This document shows, piece by piece, positions 60,300 to 64,000 of a stretch of DNA of 64,000 nt (positions are counted from its first letter, which is position 1; every line of letters begins with the position of its first letter). A program made the position numbers and the translations under genes. Source of the DNA: an uncultured delta proteobacterium (lineage in GTDB: Bacteria; Myxococcota_A; Polyangia; Polyangiales; Houyiibacteriaceae); the NCBI GenBank assembly GCA_963699755.1, contig CAVOVB010000001.1, positions 512,001-576,000 on the forward strand. The letters run 5' to 3'. The notes below the pieces were generated by a model, which ran no database searches, had not been told where the DNA came from, and worked only from the letters and a program-made list of their open reading frames with translations.

Positions 60300-60480
60300 A
60301 AAGAAAAAGGGGGGGCACCCAAGCTCAGTGGCCCTTCTTCACCCCTAACCGTAACGAAGCAGCGCGAGCGCCGTAACTACGGTGAACAACCTCTCCTTCA
60401 TCCCAAGCTCCCTGCCTGGTACCGCTGGTTTCACCAGCTGGCGGCTATCAGGCGGGGACTATTCTCGAATGGGGGAGAGG
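60300..60480. ncRNA. Candidate structured non-coding RNA, family unknown
   Basis: Three consecutive stem-loop domains in a 290-bp intergenic gap, including a 91-nt interrupted hairpin at 60390-60480. Confidence 0.45.
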
Positions 60481-60527
60481 CGACGCCTCAGACTCTGCCG
60501 AAGCTGGTAGTTTCGCGGCATCTGGAC

Positions 60528-61643
60528 TCACTCCGAAATGAGCTCCCCGAGCCGAGTCAGCGTCTCTTGCGTTCCTCCTAAAATGAACTCGAGATGCTTC
60601 GAGGTCATGAAGTAGCGGTAGAGGGGATAGTCCCTATCGAAGCCCATGCCACCATGGACGTGCTGGGCGGCAGCCACCACCCGGGCACCGGCTTCAGACG
60701 CGAAAAACTTCGCAACGGCGAGCTCTTTGCCGGCATCGAGGCCTCGATCGAGACGCCAGCACGCTTGCCACATCGAGGATCGCATGACCTGAACGTCGAT
60801 GTATGCATCACCCACCCGCTGCGTCACCCCTTGGAACGTGCCGATGGGAACACCGAACTGCTTGCGTTCACCCGAGTACGCCGCCGTCATGAAGAGCGCC
60901 TGCTCGGCGATCCCGTGTTCGACCGCACAGATCGCGAGGTCGGTGCGATCGACGAGGTAACGCAGGACCTGCTCGCCCTGCTCCGTGCCACCGAGGACAT
61001 CGCCGGCCCCAACGGGAGCGTCATTGAGCTCGAGAAGCCAGAGCGGCTGGCCGTTGGTTCCCTTCTGCTCACCAAGGCGCACGCCGTCGGCTTTGGGATC
61101 GACCAGCAGCACGAGGATCGAGCCACTGTCGGCTCGTGCCGGCACGACGATCCGTTCCGCGAAATCTGCATAGGCGACGTTGCTGAAGCGCCCGCTGACG
61201 CGCCAGCCATCGCCGTCGGCCTTGGCAAGCGGGGACGGATGGAGCGGGTTGCGGCTCCGCGAATCGACGAGAGCCGCGGTCAAAATGGTGCGGCCCTGGG
61301 CGATTCTAGGAAGGAAGCGCTCCTTTTGCTGGGAGGTCCCGAACTCCACGAGGGGAAGCGCGGCGGCGACGAGGGTTTCGATCGCGGGGATCGGCGCGAC
61401 GGTGCGCCCGACTTGCTGAAGCAGGAGGCAGAGCTCGGTCAGCCCCATCCCAGCTCCACCGTACTCTTCGGGAATGGCGAGGCCGAGCATCTCGGATTCG
61501 GCGAGCTGCCTCCATGCGCGCTCATGAAACCAGCGGTCCTCCTTGGCGAGCGCCTTGAGCGAGTCGTCCGTGACGATGTCGCTGAGCACCTGCTTGACGA
61601 GGTCTCGAATGCTGTTCTGGTCTTCGGTGAACGAAAAATCCAT
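60528..61643 (-). CDS. Acyl-CoA dehydrogenase, FadE27/ChsE5-like subunit
   Basis: MDFSFTEDQ, RKQFGVPIGTFQGV, QHVHGGMGFD, C-terminal KHLEFILGG. Confidence 0.85.
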   Translation of the reverse strand: MDFSFTEDQNSIRDLVKQVLSDIVTDDSLKALAKEDRWFHERAWRQLAESEMLGLAIPEEYGGAGMGLTELCLLLQQVGRTVAPIPAIETLVAAALPLVEFGTSQQKERFLPRIAQGRTILTAALVDSRSRNPLHPSPLAKADGDGWRVSGRFSNVAYADFAERIVVPARADSGSILVLLVDPKADGVRLGEQKGTNGQPLWLLELNDAPVGAGDVLGGTEQGEQVLRYLVDRTDLAICAVEHGIAEQALFMTAAYSGERKQFGVPIGTFQGVTQRVGDAYIDVQVMRSSMWQACWRLDRGLDAGKELAVAKFFASEAGARVVAAAQHVHGGMGFDRDYPLYRYFMTSKHLEFILGGTQETLTRLGELISE

Positions 61644-61654
61644 TGGGGGCCTCG

Positions 61655-62833
61655 TCAGCGTCGTCCTAGGCGGGGCATGCGAAGCCCAGCCTGGCAAATG
61701 ATGTCTCGTTGAATCTCGTTGGTGCCGCCGCCGAAGGTGAGCACCAAGGACATGCGGTAATACTTCTCGAGGCGTCCGCGAAGAAGCACCCCTTCGGAGC
61801 TGTGGTGAAGCACGCCCGCTGCTCCGTGAACCTCCATGAGCAATCGCGACCCTTCGACATAGAACTCCGAGCCGAAGACTTTGATCGCAGAAGCATCGGC
61901 AGGCGAAAGCGTTTCATTTGCGATGCCCCAAGCTTGCTGCCAGTTGAGCAGCTTGAGCACTTCGAGCTTGGCATAAACCCGCGCGAGATTGGTTTTCACC
62001 CAAGGCAAATCGATGACCCTGCCGCCATCACCGTTTTGGGCCTTCTTCGCCCATTCGATGGTCTCGGTGTAGATCCTTTCGAGTGGACCCACCGAGCAAA
62101 GAGCGACGCGCTCGTGATTGAGCTGGGTGGTGATCAAATGCCAGCCGTTGTTCTCGCCACCGACTAGGTTCGCGACCGGAACTCGCACGTTGTCGTAATA
62201 GACCGCGTGCACGTTGTTCTCACCGAGCGCGTGCATCGGCGTAATTTGAACGCCCTCGGCCTCTGCGGGAACGATGATGATCGAGATCCCCTTGTGCGGC
62301 GGCGCATCGGGATCGGTGCGACAGGCCAGCCACATGTAGTCGGCATGGTCGGCCAAGCTGGTCCATATCTTCTGGCCGTTGATCACGTATTCGTCGCCAT
62401 CGCGGACCGCGCTGGTTTGAAGCGACGCGAGGTCGGTACCCGAGGCGGGCTCGGTGTATCCGATCGAGAAATGACACTTACCTTCGAGAATCTTCGGCGG
62501 GTACTTCGCCTTCTGCTCCTCGGTTCCGAACTTGAGTAGGGTCGGCCCCACGGTATTCAGCGTGAGGATCGGAACCGGAAAGCCAGCGCGCTGCACCTCA
62601 TCGAAGAAGATGAACTGCTCAATCGGACCCCGGCCCTGGCCGCCGTGCTCTTTCGGCCAGCCAATGCCGAGCCAGCCATCGGCGCCGAGCTGTTGCATCG
62701 CCTCGTGATAGAGAGGTCCACCGCCCTCGACTTCGTCGAGCTCGGCGATGAGCTCGTCGGTAATCAGGTGATCGAAGTATGCGCGAAGCTCGTCGCGCAA
62801 TGCTTTTTGCTCGGGGGTGTAGTCGAAATACAT
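61655..62833 (-). CDS. Acyl-CoA dehydrogenase, FadE26/ChsE4-like subunit
   Basis: IGYTEPASGTDLASL, NGQKIWTS, QLNHERVAL, TFGGGTNEIQRDII. Confidence 0.88.
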   Translation of the reverse strand: MYFDYTPEQKALRDELRAYFDHLITDELIAELDEVEGGGPLYHEAMQQLGADGWLGIGWPKEHGGQGRGPIEQFIFFDEVQRAGFPVPILTLNTVGPTLLKFGTEEQKAKYPPKILEGKCHFSIGYTEPASGTDLASLQTSAVRDGDEYVINGQKIWTSLADHADYMWLACRTDPDAPPHKGISIIIVPAEAEGVQITPMHALGENNVHAVYYDNVRVPVANLVGGENNGWHLITTQLNHERVALCSVGPLERIYTETIEWAKKAQNGDGGRVIDLPWVKTNLARVYAKLEVLKLLNWQQAWGIANETLSPADASAIKVFGSEFYVEGSRLLMEVHGAAGVLHHSSEGVLLRGRLEKYYRMSLVLTFGGGTNEIQRDIICQAGLRMPRLGRR

Positions 62834-62922
62834 GGCCTCACGCTTTCCGGCCTGCGTACCGGAGTGAAACATGTTCTAGTTAGCCATGGGCCTGATGCAA
62901 GTCGACCCCCCGATCGGATACG

Positions 62923-62949
62923 AAAAAAGCCGGCTCGATGGAGCCGGCT
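62923..62949 (-). terminator. Intrinsic terminator of the lipoprotein gene
   Basis: AGCCGGCTC-4 nt-GAGCCGGCT stem followed by a U-tract on the minus strand. Confidence 0.8.
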
Positions 62950-62979
62950 CCTTTGCTGAAAGGTTCGAAACCCTGTGCC

Positions 62980-63432
62980 CTAGCGGCCCAGCTGCTTCTT
63001 CGCGTCTGCCTTAGCGTCCGCCGCAGCGGCCTCGGTATCCGCCTTCGCATCAGCAGCGGCTGCTTTGGCGTCCGCAGCTGCTTTGGCGGCTGCTTCCTTG
63101 GTGTCCGCGGCAGCTCCCTTGACGGCATCCTTGGCATCGGCGGCAGCGTCCTTGGTGCCTTCGACGACCTTCACTCCGGCTTCCTTGGCGGCCTCGACGG
63201 CTTTTTCGCCGGCTTCCTTGGCGGCCTCTGCGGCATCAGCGGCGGCTTCCTTTGCGTCCTCGGCAGCTTCGCCGGCCTTTTCAGCGGCTTCGTCGGCAGC
63301 TTCGCTGGCTTCGTGGGCCGCGTGGTCTGCCGCTGCCGCTGCCTTGTCGGCGGCGTCTTCGGCTTTCTTGCAAGCCGTCATGGCCCCGCATAGCGAGAGC
63401 ACCAGGCTCAATCGAAAAATGTTCTTGGTCAT
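62980..63432 (-). CDS. Ala/Lys/Glu-rich repetitive lipoprotein
   Basis: RBS GGAGAG, lipobox MTAC, low-complexity AADAKEA repeats. Confidence 0.8.
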   Translation of the reverse strand: MTKNIFRLSLVLSLCGAMTACKKAEDAADKAAAAADHAAHEASEAADEAAEKAGEAAEDAKEAAADAAEAAKEAGEKAVEAAKEAGVKVVEGTKDAAADAKDAVKGAAADTKEAAAKAAADAKAAAADAKADTEAAAADAKADAKKQLGR

Positions 63433-63804
63433 AGCGATTCTCTCCGTTGATGGCGCGGGGCTCGCCACTACACCCGAACTCCCCGCTTGAAGCGTCGCAG
63501 GTAGCGGCTTCGTCCCACCGCGTCAAACACGAGACGTACACGGACGCACCTCATGCTCAGACAGCGCTCGATGGTCGCCGCTTGCATCAACAGGCGAGTC
63601 GGGAGCGTAACGTGTTGCAAGCACAGAGGAAGGCGATTTCCTTGGCGATCGCGCATTTTCCGTTGATAAGAGATTACTGCAGCCGTAGTGTTGGCCTCTC
63701 TCCAATTGTCATTTTGTGTCAACAAGGCGGCCCACCCGGTTTGATCGCTTCGTAACAAGACGTTCTTCTCGCCCATGGCTCATCCTGCTACTGCTTCGAC
63801 GACC

Positions 63805-64000
63805 ATGAAGCGAATCAGGGTGGGCATCGCGGGTTTGCTTCTTCTGGTCGCGATGACCGGATGCGCGCAAGCAACGACGGCCGAGCAGATCCAGCTCGAC
63901 GCGCAACCCGAAGCACGAGACGTCGAACACGTCGGCCGCTTGACCGACGGGAGGCGCGCACTTGGAGGCAGCCCGTGGGACTCGGAGACGGCAGCCCTCT
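63805..64000 (+). CDS. Putative lipoprotein, runs off the window end
   Basis: MKRIRVGIAGLLLLVAMTGC signal and lipobox; frame open to the end. Confidence 0.55.
   Translation, partial: MKRIRVGIAGLLLLVAMTGCAQATTAEQIQLDAQPEARDVEHVGRLTDGRRALGGSPWDSETAAL

Noticed and set aside
60340..60370. SRP RNA-like motif CCGTAACGAAGCAGC
   Set aside because: Lacks the upstream CAGG and the paired helix-8 stem.
60409..60460. Hammerhead ribozyme on the minus strand (CTGATAG...GAAAC...GTA)
   Set aside because: Core is CUGAUAG rather than CUGANGA, and stem I does not close at the cleavage site.

Overview
High-GC bacterial chromosome segment, most consistent with a Myxococcota (Polyangia-like) genome. This is inferred from MYXO-CTERM-like sorting tails, Gly/Cys-rich lipoproteins and the rph-rdgB-tRNA-Pro arrangement. 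The right half is mostly intact housekeeping genes (rdgB, rph, pyrG, dinB, dnaX-ybaB-recR, alaS, recN), plus TRAP permeases and a FadE26/FadE27-like acyl-CoA dehydrogenase pair. The left half is metabolic and accessory. It carries a GMC oxidoreductase, mscL and a split XdhC/MocA molybdenum-cofactor locus. A complete oleABCD olefin cluster converges on a run of genes with an isoprenoid-synthase-like gene and two ArsA/Get3-like ATPases. Further on are three large secreted enzymes (Ntn acylase, pectinacetylesterase-like esterase, beta-propeller/diheme protein), selO and two tandem GNAT-nitrilase fusions. Six accessory genes are decaying by internal deletion and/or frameshift; three of them sit in a small island beside tRNA-Pro with a frameshifted IS481. 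An unexplained, strongly structured intergenic element of about 200 nt lies at 60.3-60.5 kb. No CRISPR array, rRNA or prophage was seen. All family calls come from motif recognition by eye, not database searches.
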